A stretch of DNA of 32,000 nucleotides from Candidatus Iainarchaeum sp. Lineage in GTDB: Archaea; Iainarchaeota; Iainarchaeia; Iainarchaeales; VGJJ01. Where the stretch lies: positions 330,001-362,000 of the forward strand of contig JAUYHT010000006.1 in the NCBI GenBank assembly GCA_030688545.1, in the 5' to 3' direction. The translations under genes and the position numbers were made by a program. Each line of letters begins with the position of its first letter. Position 1 is the first letter of the stretch. A model generated the notes under the pieces. That model was not told where the DNA came from. It made no database searches and saw only the letters and a program-made list of their open reading frames with translations. Below are positions 1 to 8,462 of the stretch, one piece after another.

Positions 1-345
1 TTCAAATGTCAATATGATTTTCGACAGGGTGCTTTCCAGTTGGTTGGCGGTTTGAACTTGTGAGTCCACAGTGCCCCCTTGCTGCCATTGGGTGCGAAGT
101 TGGGTTATCTCCGTCAGCGTTTCCTGCTCGAATCCCGCGACTCCTTTCACGGTGTTCACCAAATTAGGGATAAGGTCCACCCGGCGCTGGTAATCCGCCT
201 GCACATTGGCCCACTCCCCATCGACCGCTAAATCGCGTTGCGTGGCCCCATTGTATATCCCCATGACCCATAGCCCGAGGAAGAGAACCAATACCACGGC
301 AATGCCCACTGGGGCGACCCAATTGGGTAATCCTTTTTCGGCCAT
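1..345 (-). CDS. lemA: LemA family membrane protein, N-terminal 115 aa only. The C-terminus lies beyond the left edge of the window.
   Basis: Hand translation of the minus strand from the ATG at 345 gives MAEKGLPNWVAPVGIAVVLVLFLGLWVMGIYNGATQRDLAVDGEWANVQADYQRRVDLIPNLVNTVKGVAGFEQETL... It has an N-terminal TM helix followed by the RR-DLIPNLV-x-VKG motif typical of LemA. GGAGGG lies 7 nt upstream of the ATG. It is absent from the ORF track because no stop falls inside the window. Confidence 0.85.
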   Translation of the reverse strand, partial: MAEKGLPNWVAPVGIAVVLVLFLGLWVMGIYNGATQRDLAVDGEWANVQADYQRRVDLIPNLVNTVKGVAGFEQETLTEITQLRTQWQQGGTVDSQVQTANQLESTLSKIILTFE

Positions 346-411
346 GCTTTTCCCTCCAGAATGTAATCCTGAAACCCCAATGAGAATAAAAGAGGAAGAG
401 AAAAGGAGATT

Positions 412-442
412 AAAAAAGGAAAAAGGGGGGATAGCCCCCCCC
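412..442 (-). terminator. GC hairpin plus T-tract terminator downstream of the 450..791 gene
   Basis: On the minus strand, G8 / loop CTAT / C6 is followed immediately by TTTTTCCTTTTTT. It starts 8 nt after the stop at 450. Confidence 0.45.
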
Positions 443-449
443 GGTCTAC

Positions 450-791
450 CTAGTGATTGCTGGCCAGGTTCCAGACGGCTTTAATCCCCACGATCACGGC
501 AGCGGGTGCCATGAGGGCGGCGATGTAGGCGAATATGCTTCCCAGCGGGGGTCCCACGATGGGGATCAGGGTCCAATTGACGGCTCCCGCCACCAACAGG
601 GCGATGACCGCTACCAGGAAGGATGTAATCTCTTTATCGCTGATGTTCAGCAGTCCGATGATGGCACCCAAGATCACGAAGATCAATGGTAACCAGTTCG
701 CGGCCTCGCCGAAGCTTTGCCCCAGGATTCCAGCGATGATGGCGAGAACCACCCCGATGATGAATGCCCAGGATCCAATCTTCTGCTCCAT
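450..791 (-). CDS. Small integral membrane protein of unknown function, 113 aa with about 4 hydrophobic helices
   Basis: The ORF is almost wholly hydrophobic (IIGVVLAIIAGILG..., LPLIFVILGAIIGLL, FLVAVIALLVAGAV, IAALMAPAAVIVGI). GAGGAGG lies 10 nt upstream of the ATG. I recognise no family motif. Confidence 0.7.
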   Translation of the reverse strand: MEQKIGSWAFIIGVVLAIIAGILGQSFGEAANWLPLIFVILGAIIGLLNISDKEITSFLVAVIALLVAGAVNWTLIPIVGPPLGSIFAYIAALMAPAAVIVGIKAVWNLASNH

Positions 792-1043
792 TGATGAAAC
801 ACCTCCTCAGTGTTTCCCTGCAGACCATAAGCCCGCGGGGGTTCATCTACTCCACTTCCTGAATTATGTCCTTTTAATAAACATTCTTTTTTGGAGCCGT
901 ATTTGCGGCAAAGAGCGAAAATAAAGCGGGTAATCTGAATTCTTGGAAAAAAGAAAGAGGGAGCACGGTTTCTATTCTAATTGGACTTGGATGTTCGCCA
1001 ATACCTGGCGCAATAATACCCATAACCCTCTCATGGTTGGAGG

Positions 1044-1076
1044 AAAAAAAAATCCTATTATTTTTAAGGAAAAAAA
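1044..1076 (-). terminator. Oligo-T terminator region after rps10
   Basis: A T7 run (plus-strand A7 at 1070..1076) lies 5 nt after the rps10 stop, followed by a T9 run (1044..1052). Oligo-T is the usual archaeal termination signal. Confidence 0.4.
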
Positions 1077-1081
1077 GCCCT

Positions 1082-1393
1082 TTATTTATCGCGCAATTCA
1101 ATCTCGATATGCACGTTTTCGGGGATGTCCACGCGCATGACCCGGCGTAGCGTGCGCTCGTCCGCCTGAATATCGATCAGGCGCTTGTGTACGCGCATCT
1201 GCCATTTCTCGAATGTCTCCGTTCCCCCACCGCATGGGGATTTGCGCGTGGGCAAAATCAATTTTTTGGTGGGCAGGGGCACTAATCCCGAATGCTTGAC
1301 CCCCGTCCGATCCGCGACGTCCAATATCTTCCCTGAAATGTCTTGGAGGGAATCCAGGCTGGGGCTCGTCAATTTGATACGGGCATTCTGCAT
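1082..1393 (-). CDS. rps10: 30S ribosomal protein S10 (uS10)
   Basis: 103 aa. The sequence ARIKLTS...LVPLPTKKL...RKSPCGGGTETFEKWQMRVHKRLIDI is typical of uS10. It lies immediately downstream of EF-1alpha, as in the archaeal str-type cluster. Confidence 0.95.
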   Translation of the reverse strand: MQNARIKLTSPSLDSLQDISGKILDVADRTGVKHSGLVPLPTKKLILPTRKSPCGGGTETFEKWQMRVHKRLIDIQADERTLRRVMRVDIPENVHIEIELRDK

Positions 1394-1412
1394 GAATCAT
1401 CCCTCAAAAAAA

Positions 1413-2681
1413 TCACTCGCGGGGCGTGACTTGCATCACGACCCCGGCGGCGACCGTCGCTCCCATATCCCGCACGGCAAATCTTCCGAGGGAAGGGAAT
1501 TTCTTGAACTCTTCCACGACCAGCGGGCGCTGCGGCACGATTTTCACGATGGCCGCATCCCCGGTCTTGAGGAACTTAGGATTCTCTTCCGCCGCTTGCC
1601 CGGTCTTGGGGTCGATGCGCTTCTGCAATTCCGCGAAGGTACAGGACATTTGGGCCGTGTGCATGTGGAACACGGGGGTGTATCCTTGGGGGATAGCAGT
1701 GGGGTGGTTCAGCACAACAATCTGGGCGATGAACTCCTTCGCAACGGTCGGGGCATTCTGCGGGTGTCCCACGACGTCCCCGCGGTTAATATCCTTCCGT
1801 TCCAGCCCCCGGACATTGAACCCCACATTATCCCCTGGAATGGCTTGCGTGAGTTGTTCGTGATGCGCCTCAAGGGATTTTATTTCCCCTTGGGCCTTGG
1901 AGGGCATGACGATAATTTTGTCCCCCGGCTTGGCGATCCCGGTTTCCACGCGTCCTACTGGCACGGTGCCCACTCCCTTGATGGAGTAGACATCCTGGAT
2001 GGGCAGCCGCAGGGGCTTGTCGGTGGGCAGGGTGGGCGCCGTCAGTTCGTCCAGGCGCTGGAGCAAGGTCTTCCCTTTATACCAGGGCATGTTGGTGCTG
2101 GCCTTGGCGACATTATCCCCGATCCATGCGGAAACGGGAACATAGTCCACTTGTTCGTCCTTGAAGCCCACCATCTTTACGAGCTTATGCATCTCTTCTT
2201 TGCGCTTGTTGAACTCTTCTTCCTTATACCCTATTTCATCCATCTTATTGATGGCAACTGTCAGGGATTTGATTCCCATCACGTTGGCTAAAAACGCGTG
2301 TTCCTTTGTTTGAGGCTGTGGGCCGTCTTTTGCTGACACCACGAGCACGGCGGAGTCCGCCTGGGAGGTGCCGGTGATCATGTTCTTGACGAAGTCCCGG
2401 TGTCCCGGGGCGTCGATGATAGTGAAATCGTGCTTCTGTCCCTTGAACTTCTTGTAGGACAGGTCGATGGTGACCCCGCGCTCCCGCTCTTCCTTGAGGG
2501 AGTCCATCACATAGGCGAAGGCGAATGAGCCTTTTCCCTTGGCTTCGGCTTCTTCCTTGATCTTGCGGTACTCATTCTCTGGGAGGGCGCCCGTGTCGTA
2601 CATGAACCGCCCGACGAGGGTGGATTTACCATGGTCGACGTGACCGATGAAAATCAAGTTGATGTGGGATCTTTCAGCCAT
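1413..2681 (-). CDS. tuf: Translation elongation factor 1-alpha (aEF-1A / EF-Tu family GTPase)
   Basis: G1 motif [18 protein letters not shown], and full-length similarity to aEF-1alpha. The ORF-track start at 2696 is a TTG. The ATG at 2681 (MAERSHINL...) is preceded by GGAGGAG, so I prefer it. Confidence 0.96.
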   Translation of the reverse strand: MAERSHINLIFIGHVDHGKSTLVGRFMYDTGALPENEYRKIKEEAEAKGKGSFAFAYVMDSLKEERERGVTIDLSYKKFKGQKHDFTIIDAPGHRDFVKNMITGTSQADSAVLVVSAKDGPQPQTKEHAFLANVMGIKSLTVAINKMDEIGYKEEEFNKRKEEMHKLVKMVGFKDEQVDYVPVSAWIGDNVAKASTNMPWYKGKTLLQRLDELTAPTLPTDKPLRLPIQDVYSIKGVGTVPVGRVETGIAKPGDKIIVMPSKAQGEIKSLEAHHEQLTQAIPGDNVGFNVRGLERKDINRGDVVGHPQNAPTVAKEFIAQIVVLNHPTAIPQGYTPVFHMHTAQMSCTFAELQKRIDPKTGQAAEENPKFLKTGDAAIVKIVPQRPLVVEEFKKFPSLGRFAVRDMGATVAAGVVMQVTPRE

Positions 2682-2694
2682 ATTTTTCTCCTCC

Positions 2695-2715
2695 AAACTT
2701 TTTAGGAAAAAGTTT
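2695..2715. repeat. Perfect 9-bp inverted repeat (aaacttttt / aaaaagttt, 3-nt spacer) abutting the tuf Shine-Dalgarno
   Basis: Read directly from 2695..2703 and 2707..2715. On the minus strand the hairpin ends directly at the GGAGGAG that precedes the tuf ATG. Confidence 0.5.
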
Positions 2716-3077
2716 GATCAAAAAACTTCCCCCCCTTCTATGAGAATGAAACTGATGCCCATTCCCATGCCAATGGGGAAAAGCCCGATCGGAACCTTTT
2801 TCCGTGTGTTTTTCCCGCACCAAAGGGATTAGCCACCCTTTCCAGCACGTATAGCCAATTCCCCCTGGCAATCATTTAAATAGGTAATGGCCACGGTGGG
2901 CATCCTGCCATCTCTTAGTGGTTAAAGATCAATGGGGGAAGACCCTCTGCAATCCCTCACGGCACTTTTGTTCCAAGGGAGTGGAAAGTTCCATCGTAGG
3001 TTTTTTCCCATATCAAGATGATTTTATTTCCGCATGGACTTTTCAGGTTTAGACCCTGGTCGAAACGCCACGGCGAG

Positions 3078-3084
3078 AAAAAAA
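3078..3084 (-). terminator. T7 tract downstream of the Cys-rich protein gene
   Basis: The plus-strand A7 is a minus-strand T7, about 59 nt after the stop at 3143. Confidence 0.3.
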
Positions 3085-3142
3085 GTTGCCCGGCCCCCAG
3101 AGTATTTACCATAATTTATTCCACCAATTTTTATTCCACTAA

Positions 3143-4795
3143 TTACCCGTCATTATCATACAATTGGTGATACAACCGATAGAAGTCGCGGGTGGTATTG
3201 GTCATGGAATAGGCGTCCGTTTCGGGGTACAGGTCATCCGGCAAAGGGAAGTAGGATGAGATAGCTATATCATCCGGGTCGCCCCCGGCTGCCTTGAAAT
3301 CAACCAAATCCCGGAGGGTGTTTTCATAGAAGGCTTGGTTGCTCGTATGCCCTCCTTCCGCCGATCCATAATAGATACCGAAGCGTATTCCCTTATCCCG
3401 GAAGTATTCCTGTATCAACACATATTTTCTCCAATCATCCACCCATGGAGGACGATCAAACCGGGTTTCGGACTGGTAGAAATCCAGCTGTTCCCCGTTA
3501 TCTTGGACTACTTGGAGGAAGACATCCAATTGCGCGAGTAAATCCCCTGAGTCCTTCCACGTGGAAGAGGGGTAGGGGCCCACCGAATAATGAGGGGCGG
3601 CAATGGTCAACCCAATTTTGACCCCCGGATACCGCGCGCGCATGGCTTGCATGTATTCCACTGTCTCACTGGAGGCGCGCGTGATATCGAAGCCGCAGGG
3701 ATCCATCACACTGTCGGAGAACGGTCCGTCCATGTCGATGTAGTGGATGATGCCTCCCACCGCGACAAACCGATCCAGTATCCCAATATCAATAGCCGCC
3801 TGTTGGCTACCATCGCAGAGAGGATCTCGTAATCCCCCCACTTCGAAGGCGGCTTCAATCTGGTTGCTGAACAGAACGGGAACAATGATCTCCAGCTCGC
3901 CTTCATTGAGGTTATTGATCTGCCCGATGTAGAATTTGAAGGTGTGGAGGAATCCTTTCACCTCATCCCAACCGGCATCCGCATTGAAAATGAATTTTCC
4001 CAGATCCCGTCGCCCCTCATATAATTTGTTGGGGGCCATCCAGAAGCGTTTGCCATTTTCGGATCCCTTGGAGGAAAACGTTTGACATATCCCGCAATCC
4101 AGGGAGCAGGTATCGCAGGACTCAGTGCCATTGCACACATTGTCCCCGCAGAAAGGATTGGGGGTGCAGGCCTGCTGCGTGCCCGGTTCGTTTTGCGTCG
4201 TACCGCATTCATTCAGATCGGTACAGGACCTGGTTTGCGTGCCATTCGTACAAGGACCCCAATCCGAACAGAACCAATTTTCGATGCAGGCGCATTGGCC
4301 GCAATCCGCAGAGCACGTGGTACACGTTTCAGTAGACTCGCAAACACTATTACCACACACTGGGGCGCAAGTCCCACAATCCTGGGGACACGTAGAACAA
4401 CTCTCGGAATTGGAACAAAAATTGTCCCCACAAACAAAATTAGGAGCACACGTCCCACAATCTTGCGCACAACTCTGGCAAGACTCCCCCGCATCACAGA
4501 TAGTATTACCGCAAATGGGGGTAATGGGAACGCAATCCTGAATGAGAGTGGGCCTGCCCTCAACCGTATTGCAGGCATTACCATCCGTGCACGTGCGAAC
4601 CTGCTTCCCATTTGTACACGCCGACCAGCCCGAGCACACCCATTCAGGGTCACACGAAACAGGAGGACCCGGAGGAGTAATAGGAGGTTCGGGGATAATG
4701 GGCGGCGGCGCAAAGAAAACCACCCCCAAAACAACGGCCATGAGCACCAGCCCACTAATCCCAATGAGAAAAAGGGCCGTGATCTTGCCTTCCAT
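3143..4795 (-). CDS. Secreted or membrane-anchored cysteine-rich repeat protein with a C-terminal domain of unknown function (550 aa)
   Basis: N-terminal hydrophobic helix (ITALFLIGISGLVLMAVVLGVVFF), then a Pro-rich linker, then 36 Cys in about 190 aa arranged in repeated modules. A roughly 310-aa Cys-poor domain follows that I cannot assign. The codon pattern is coherent, and the gene has its own TATA box and T-tract. Confidence 0.85.
   Translation of the reverse strand: MEGKITALFLIGISGLVLMAVVLGVVFFAPPPIIPEPPITPPGPPVSCDPEWVCSGWSACTNGKQVRTCTDGNACNTVEGRPTLIQDCVPITPICGNTICDAGESCQSCAQDCGTCAPNFVCGDNFCSNSESCSTCPQDCGTCAPVCGNSVCESTETCTTCSADCGQCACIENWFCSDWGPCTNGTQTRSCTDLNECGTTQNEPGTQQACTPNPFCGDNVCNGTESCDTCSLDCGICQTFSSKGSENGKRFWMAPNKLYEGRRDLGKFIFNADAGWDEVKGFLHTFKFYIGQINNLNEGELEIIVPVLFSNQIEAAFEVGGLRDPLCDGSQQAAIDIGILDRFVAVGGIIHYIDMDGPFSDSVMDPCGFDITRASSETVEYMQAMRARYPGVKIGLTIAAPHYSVGPYPSSTWKDSGDLLAQLDVFLQVVQDNGEQLDFYQSETRFDRPPWVDDWRKYVLIQEYFRDKGIRFGIYYGSAEGGHTSNQAFYENTLRDLVDFKAAGGDPDDIAISSYFPLPDDLYPETDAYSMTNTTRDFYRLYHQLYDNDG
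4085..4654 (-). repeat. Intragenic protein repeats: four 22-aa six-Cys modules and two roughly 41-aa W-x-C-S-x-W modules
   Basis: There are four copies of C-G-[ND]-x2-C-x5-C-x2-C-x3-C-G-x-C: CGNTICDAGESCQSCAQDCGTC, CGDNFCSNSESCSTCPQDCGTC, CGNSVCESTETCTTCSADCGQC and CGDNVCNGTESCDTCSLDCGIC. Their nt coordinates are 4448..4513, 4367..4432, 4292..4357 and 4085..4150. There are two copies of W-[VF]-C-S-x-W-x2-C-T-N-G-x-Q-x-R-x-C-T-D-x-N-x-C. Confidence 0.85.
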
Positions 4796-4816
4796 TCCCG
4801 GGAAAGGCGAACCCCA

Positions 4817-4824
4817 TTTAAAAA
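4817..4824 (-). promoter_or_regulatory. TATA-like box (minus strand TTTTTAAA) 21 nt upstream of the Cys-rich protein ATG
   Basis: The spacing matches about nine other genes in this window and implies a leaderless or near-leaderless mRNA. Confidence 0.4.
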
Positions 4825-4861
4825 TCCTCTCAATTCTCCTCGGAGGATGACTTTCTTTTTG

Positions 4862-7048
4862 TTATTCGAGGAAGAAATGGAACGCCTTGACTTCGGGGTC
4901 CATTCCCTTGCGCTTGCGCACTTCTTCAACGGTCTTTTTTTGTAACTCCGGGGGCAGAACTTCGTATCCGTGGTATTCGGCCGTCCAGATGACCCTTCCT
5001 TGTGTGGCCCCTCGGATGGCTTGGGAAAATCCGATGAGTTCCTTCACGGGGGCCAATCCCACGATGATGGTCTGATCCCCCTCGTTCTTGATTTCAGTGA
5101 TCTGGCACCGCCGCTGCTGCAGTTCCTTGGACACCGCCCCCATGTAGTCCTCGGGGGTTGTAATGGAGAGCAGTTGTTTGGGTTCCTCCAAGTGGGCTTT
5201 GGCCTGGAGCATACACGCATAAATCGTCCGTGACACCACGGGTATGATTTGGGATGGTCCGCGGTGGATGGCATCCTCATGGAGGGTGGCGTCTTCGAGT
5301 GTAATCTTGATCCCATGGACCTCTTCCTTGGCCAGTGGACCATTTTTCATGGCCTCTTGAAAACCCTGGATGACCAGTTCGCGTATTTCATGGAGGGCCT
5401 GTATTCCTTTCGTCCCATCTACTAAAACGTTGTCGTTCTCCACGGCCCACACCTTTTTTGCTTCGTCATTGGAAAACCCAGCATTGACAAAGGTGTTGAT
5501 CCAATCTTTATCCTTGAGCTTCACTTTCCCTTTGACCTTATGTTCGTTGAAATAGGTCTTCATCTCGTCCGTCAGGGGCTCCACTCGCATGTGTAATTTG
5601 TTATGGCGATTGGGGGATTTCCCTTCCAACTCTTCGGATGCATGGGAGATGGATTCATGATAAACCACGATGGGCGGAGACACCGTGATGGGAATATTGT
5701 GCGTCTTCTCAATCCGGTATTGATTTATTTCCAGGTGCAATTCCCCCATCCCCGATAATAGGTGTTCGCCCGTCTGTTGGTTGATGCTCGCCCGGAGATT
5801 GGGATCTTCCTTCGTGAGCTGGCGGATCGTCTCGATGAGCTTGGGTAAATCTTTCGTCTGCTTGGCTTCGATGGAAACCGTGATGACCGGTTCAACATTC
5901 GTCTTGAAGGATTCGAATTCCTTCATGTCAATCTCAGAAATAGTCTGCCCGGCATAGGCCTCTCGCAGCCCGACAATGGCTCCAATGCTCCCCGCGGGAA
6001 CGCTTTCCACTTCCACGAATTCCGGCCCCATGTACACCCCCACCCGGTTGATGAGGGCTTCCTTCTGTATTCCAATGAGCTTGACGTGAGTCCCTTTTTT
6101 GATGGTGCCTGAATACACCCTTCCCGTGGCGATGTCCCCGGCATGGGGATCTACTGAGACATCGGTGATCATCATGGCGACAATTCCATTAGGGTCGCAT
6201 GTTGACATGCTGGTTCCCACCTCGCTCGCGGGATCCCCGGTCCAGATGACGGGCGTTCGATACTTTTGCGCCTCGATGGGGTTAGGAAGATGCTCCACCA
6301 CCATTTCAAAAATCGTGTCTTCCAAAGGGGATTTGTCCGCGATCTCTTTCTGCTGACCGGCTTTCATCCACTCGTACACTTGCTTGAAATTGATTCCCGT
6401 GCGGGACATGCTCTTCGTGGATACGGCCCAATGATTATAGGCGCTCCCGAAAGCCACACTCCCTTCAGCGGGGTTCACCAGCCATTTCTTCCCTTCCGGA
6501 AGATTTTTCTGGATGAGATTATTCACTTGCGTGATGACGCGGACAAATCGTTTTTGCATCTCCGCCTCGTCGATCTGAAGTTCATTAATGAGCCTATCTA
6601 CTTTGTTGATGAACAGCACCGGCTTCACGTTCTCCCGCAGGGCCTGCCGAATGACTGTTTCCGTTTGGGGCATGACCCCTTCCACCGCATCCACCACCAA
6701 TACCACCCCATCCACCGCGCGCATCGCCCGGATAACCTCTCCACCGAAGTCCACATGGCCCGGGGTATCAATGAGGTTGATGAGATAGGGTTTCCCGTGC
6801 AAATTGGGCACCAGGGAGATGTTGGCCGCGTTAATGGTGATGCCCCGCGCCTGTTCCTGGTCCTCATAGTCCATGAACTGCTGCTTCCCCGCGAGCTCCT
6901 TGTTGATGAGGCCGGCGGCGGCGATGAGGTTATCGCTCATCGTTGTCTTTCCATGATCGATATGAGCCACAATCCCGATGTTCCGCACGTCCGTCTGATG
7001 GTTCATCAGCTTGTTCGCCGTGGCGGCCATCTCTTCTTTTCGACCCAT
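4862..7048 (-). CDS. fusA: Translation elongation factor 2 (aEF-2)
   Basis: 728 aa. Motifs AHIDHGKTT, DTPGHVDF and NKVDR are present, as is the diphthamide-site motif HEDAIHRG. The position downstream of uS7 is canonical. Confidence 0.97.
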   Translation of the reverse strand: MGRKEEMAATANKLMNHQTDVRNIGIVAHIDHGKTTMSDNLIAAAGLINKELAGKQQFMDYEDQEQARGITINAANISLVPNLHGKPYLINLIDTPGHVDFGGEVIRAMRAVDGVVLVVDAVEGVMPQTETVIRQALRENVKPVLFINKVDRLINELQIDEAEMQKRFVRVITQVNNLIQKNLPEGKKWLVNPAEGSVAFGSAYNHWAVSTKSMSRTGINFKQVYEWMKAGQQKEIADKSPLEDTIFEMVVEHLPNPIEAQKYRTPVIWTGDPASEVGTSMSTCDPNGIVAMMITDVSVDPHAGDIATGRVYSGTIKKGTHVKLIGIQKEALINRVGVYMGPEFVEVESVPAGSIGAIVGLREAYAGQTISEIDMKEFESFKTNVEPVITVSIEAKQTKDLPKLIETIRQLTKEDPNLRASINQQTGEHLLSGMGELHLEINQYRIEKTHNIPITVSPPIVVYHESISHASEELEGKSPNRHNKLHMRVEPLTDEMKTYFNEHKVKGKVKLKDKDWINTFVNAGFSNDEAKKVWAVENDNVLVDGTKGIQALHEIRELVIQGFQEAMKNGPLAKEEVHGIKITLEDATLHEDAIHRGPSQIIPVVSRTIYACMLQAKAHLEEPKQLLSITTPEDYMGAVSKELQQRRCQITEIKNEGDQTIIVGLAPVKELIGFSQAIRGATQGRVIWTAEYHGYEVLPPELQKKTVEEVRKRKGMDPEVKAFHFFLE

Positions 7049-7122
7049 TGTTGACTCACTCTCGTAAAAACGCTAAAAGGTAGGAATGTTCCCCCAATCG
7101 CTACCATTTGGCCATATGGAAT

Positions 7123-7132
7123 GTTTTTAAAC
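7123..7132 (-). promoter_or_regulatory. Candidate TATA box (minus strand GTTTAAAAAC) for a separate EF-2 transcript
   Basis: It lies about 75 nt upstream of the EF-2 ATG and downstream of the T6 tract that follows rps7. Confidence 0.25.
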
Positions 7133-7349
7133 GATTGGGCAAATCACGGTAGATCGGTAAACCTGGCTTTGCCTTTGTCGTCGTACAGGCTGTCGATGAT
7201 CTTTCCAAGCATATCCACGAGATTCCCCAAACGGTAGATGCGGGCATTCAATTTCTGGTATTCATATGTACGAGGGGAGTATTCCGCCGCCTGTATTTTG
7301 TGATATGCAAGTTGGACAGATAAAATGAATGACAGGTTGGCCCATCTTC

Positions 7350-7355
7350 AAAAAA
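7350..7355 (-). terminator. T6 tract 12 nt after the rps7 stop
   Basis: The minus strand reads ...TAATCCACCCCAATCTTTTTTGAAG. Confidence 0.3.
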
Positions 7356-7367
7356 GATTGGGGTGGA

Positions 7368-7976
7368 TTAACGCGAGGCGATGGCAATTCGTTCAATCTC
7401 GTTCTTGCGCTTGATGGACATGGCGTTGTTGTCGCCTTTCCCGGCGGCGATGAGTTCTTTTGCCAGGGCTTCCGCGGCGCTCGTATTGTTGTTGAAACTC
7501 CCATAGAATCCCGCGAGGGCCAGATTCTTGATGCTCTCATCCACCCGCTTGAGGGGGGCCACGTCCACGGCTTGCGAATAGGCCACTCCCCCCTTCTTGA
7601 GGCGGGTGATGTCTTCCCGGGGAGCGGAATTCTCGATGGCGCGGACGTATACTTGGATGGGATTTTCATTCGTTTGGGTGTGTACAATGTCGAAGGCGTT
7701 CTGCACGATGCGCATCGCCTGGATCTTCTTCCCACAACTTCCGCGTCCGCGGATGTATTTTCCGCTCAGCTTCCGTTTTCCTTGGCCGGAGCGCATCACC
7801 TTGTTGATCAGCCGTTCGACCACATTGATATTCTCTTTGTCGAAGGCGTGCTTAACCCCTTTTCCAAAAGAATGAGGGATGATCTTGGGTGCCAATCCTA
7901 TTTGCCGCGTCAGCGTGATATCTTCCACTTTTACTTCCGATGGATCCCATTTTCCAAAAATCATGATCTCGCCCAT
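7368..7976 (-). CDS. rps7: 30S ribosomal protein S7 (uS7)
   Basis: 202 aa with the archaeal uS7 pattern (FGKWD...V.V.D..L..YI...P...PHS.GK...; SAPREDITR). A GGTGA SD lies in the 15-nt gap after rps12. Confidence 0.95.
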   Translation of the reverse strand: MGEIMIFGKWDPSEVKVEDITLTRQIGLAPKIIPHSFGKGVKHAFDKENINVVERLINKVMRSGQGKRKLSGKYIRGRGSCGKKIQAMRIVQNAFDIVHTQTNENPIQVYVRAIENSAPREDITRLKKGGVAYSQAVDVAPLKRVDESIKNLALAGFYGSFNNNTSAAEALAKELIAAGKGDNNAMSIKRKNEIERIAIASR

Positions 7977-7991
7977 GCTTTCACCAGTACC

Positions 7992-8420
7992 TTAGCGTTT
8001 GACCTTCTCCTTCTTCCCGGTGCGGAGCATCTCTAAACTTTGCCCATTCACATGCGTTACGCGATATTTTACACCCCATTGAGACCCATACGGTCCACCC
8101 TGACTCCCCCCAATCCCTTCGATAATCACTTCATCATGCTCGTCAACGAATTTGATGGCCCCATCCCTGGGGCAGAAAGCGGTGACCTGTTTTCCATTCT
8201 TGATTAATTGGACGCGTACACATTTGGCAATCCCTGAGTGGGGCTGTTTCTGGGTGACTCCCCGTTTTTCGAGGACGATGGCCTTGGCTTGAGGACTTCC
8301 CTGCAGGGGATCGTATTTTTCCCGTAGTCGGAGGACGGCGCGTTTGTGGTAGGGATCCTTCATCCGCCACTTCTTGCGTTTCTCTTCCAATTGTCGGGCT
8401 GAAAATTCTCCGCGTCCCAT
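7992..8420 (-). CDS. rps12: 30S ribosomal protein S12 (uS12)
   Basis: 142 aa. The sequence [30 protein letters not shown]...[10 protein letters not shown] is typical of archaeal uS12. Confidence 0.95.
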   Translation of the reverse strand: MGRGEFSARQLEEKRKKWRMKDPYHKRAVLRLREKYDPLQGSPQAKAIVLEKRGVTQKQPHSGIAKCVRVQLIKNGKQVTAFCPRDGAIKFVDEHDEVIIEGIGGSQGGPYGSQWGVKYRVTHVNGQSLEMLRTGKKEKVKR

Positions 8421-8453
8421 TCATTCACCCATACCCTAAATCCCTCGAAAAAG

Positions 8454-8462
8454 TATTATAAA
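8454..8462 (-). promoter_or_regulatory. Candidate TATA box (minus strand TTTATAATA) in the 50-nt eL30-uS12 spacer
   Basis: It lies 33 nt upstream of the rps12 ATG. Confidence 0.3.

Noticed and set aside
206-484. 92-aa plus-strand ORF at the left edge
   Set aside because: It is antisense to the clearly recognisable lemA N-terminus and spans the terminator hairpin, so it is a shadow ORF.
1185-2291. 368-aa plus-strand ORF, one of many long ORFs antisense to conserved genes. Others include 4082..4945 (+), 4213..4929 (-), 6266..7054 (+), 7329..8036 (+), 10439..10993 (+), 13773..14270 (+) and 14433..14963 (+).
   Set aside because: Each lies entirely within, and antisense or out of frame to, a gene with unmistakable family motifs (EF-1alpha, the Cys-rich protein, EF-2, uS7, RpoA'/A'', RpoB'). 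Their translations are Arg/Gly/His/Pro-rich and low in complexity, which is typical of shadow ORFs.
2696-2696. Longer ORF-track starts using TTG/GTG (tuf 2696, DUF2203 26901, GT4 30920, crtYc 20107, rpoH 17059)
   Set aside because: In each case a nearby ATG has better SD or TATA spacing and gives an N-terminus matching the family norm. rpoH 17059 and crtYc 20107 remain genuinely ambiguous.
2716-3142. Possible tRNA, C/D-box sRNA, SRP/RNase P RNA or CRISPR repeat in the largest non-coding gap. The other gaps at 7049..7367, 18285..18375 and 25705..25822 were examined the same way.
   Set aside because: I saw no GTTCRAATC-type T-arm on either strand, no RUGAUGA...CUGA box pairs at the proper spacing, no direct repeats of 24 nt or longer, and only weak 4-6 bp stems. 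Only covariance models could settle this.
4836-4850. Near-palindrome TCCTCGGAGGA between the EF-2 stop and the Cys-rich gene promoter
   Set aside because: The arms are separated by a single nucleotide, so no RNA hairpin is possible. It is short enough to arise by chance, and nothing else supports it.
7144-7347. Protein-like open frame on the minus strand in the rps7/EF-2 spacer (...EYQKLNARIYRLGNLVDMLGKIIDSLYDDKGKARFTDLP*)
   Set aside because: It has no ATG or GTG start except a late Met (24 aa) or a TTG (35 aa). It has no SD and no correctly spaced TATA box. The region is better explained by the rps7 T6 terminator plus an EF-2 promoter. It could be a gene remnant.
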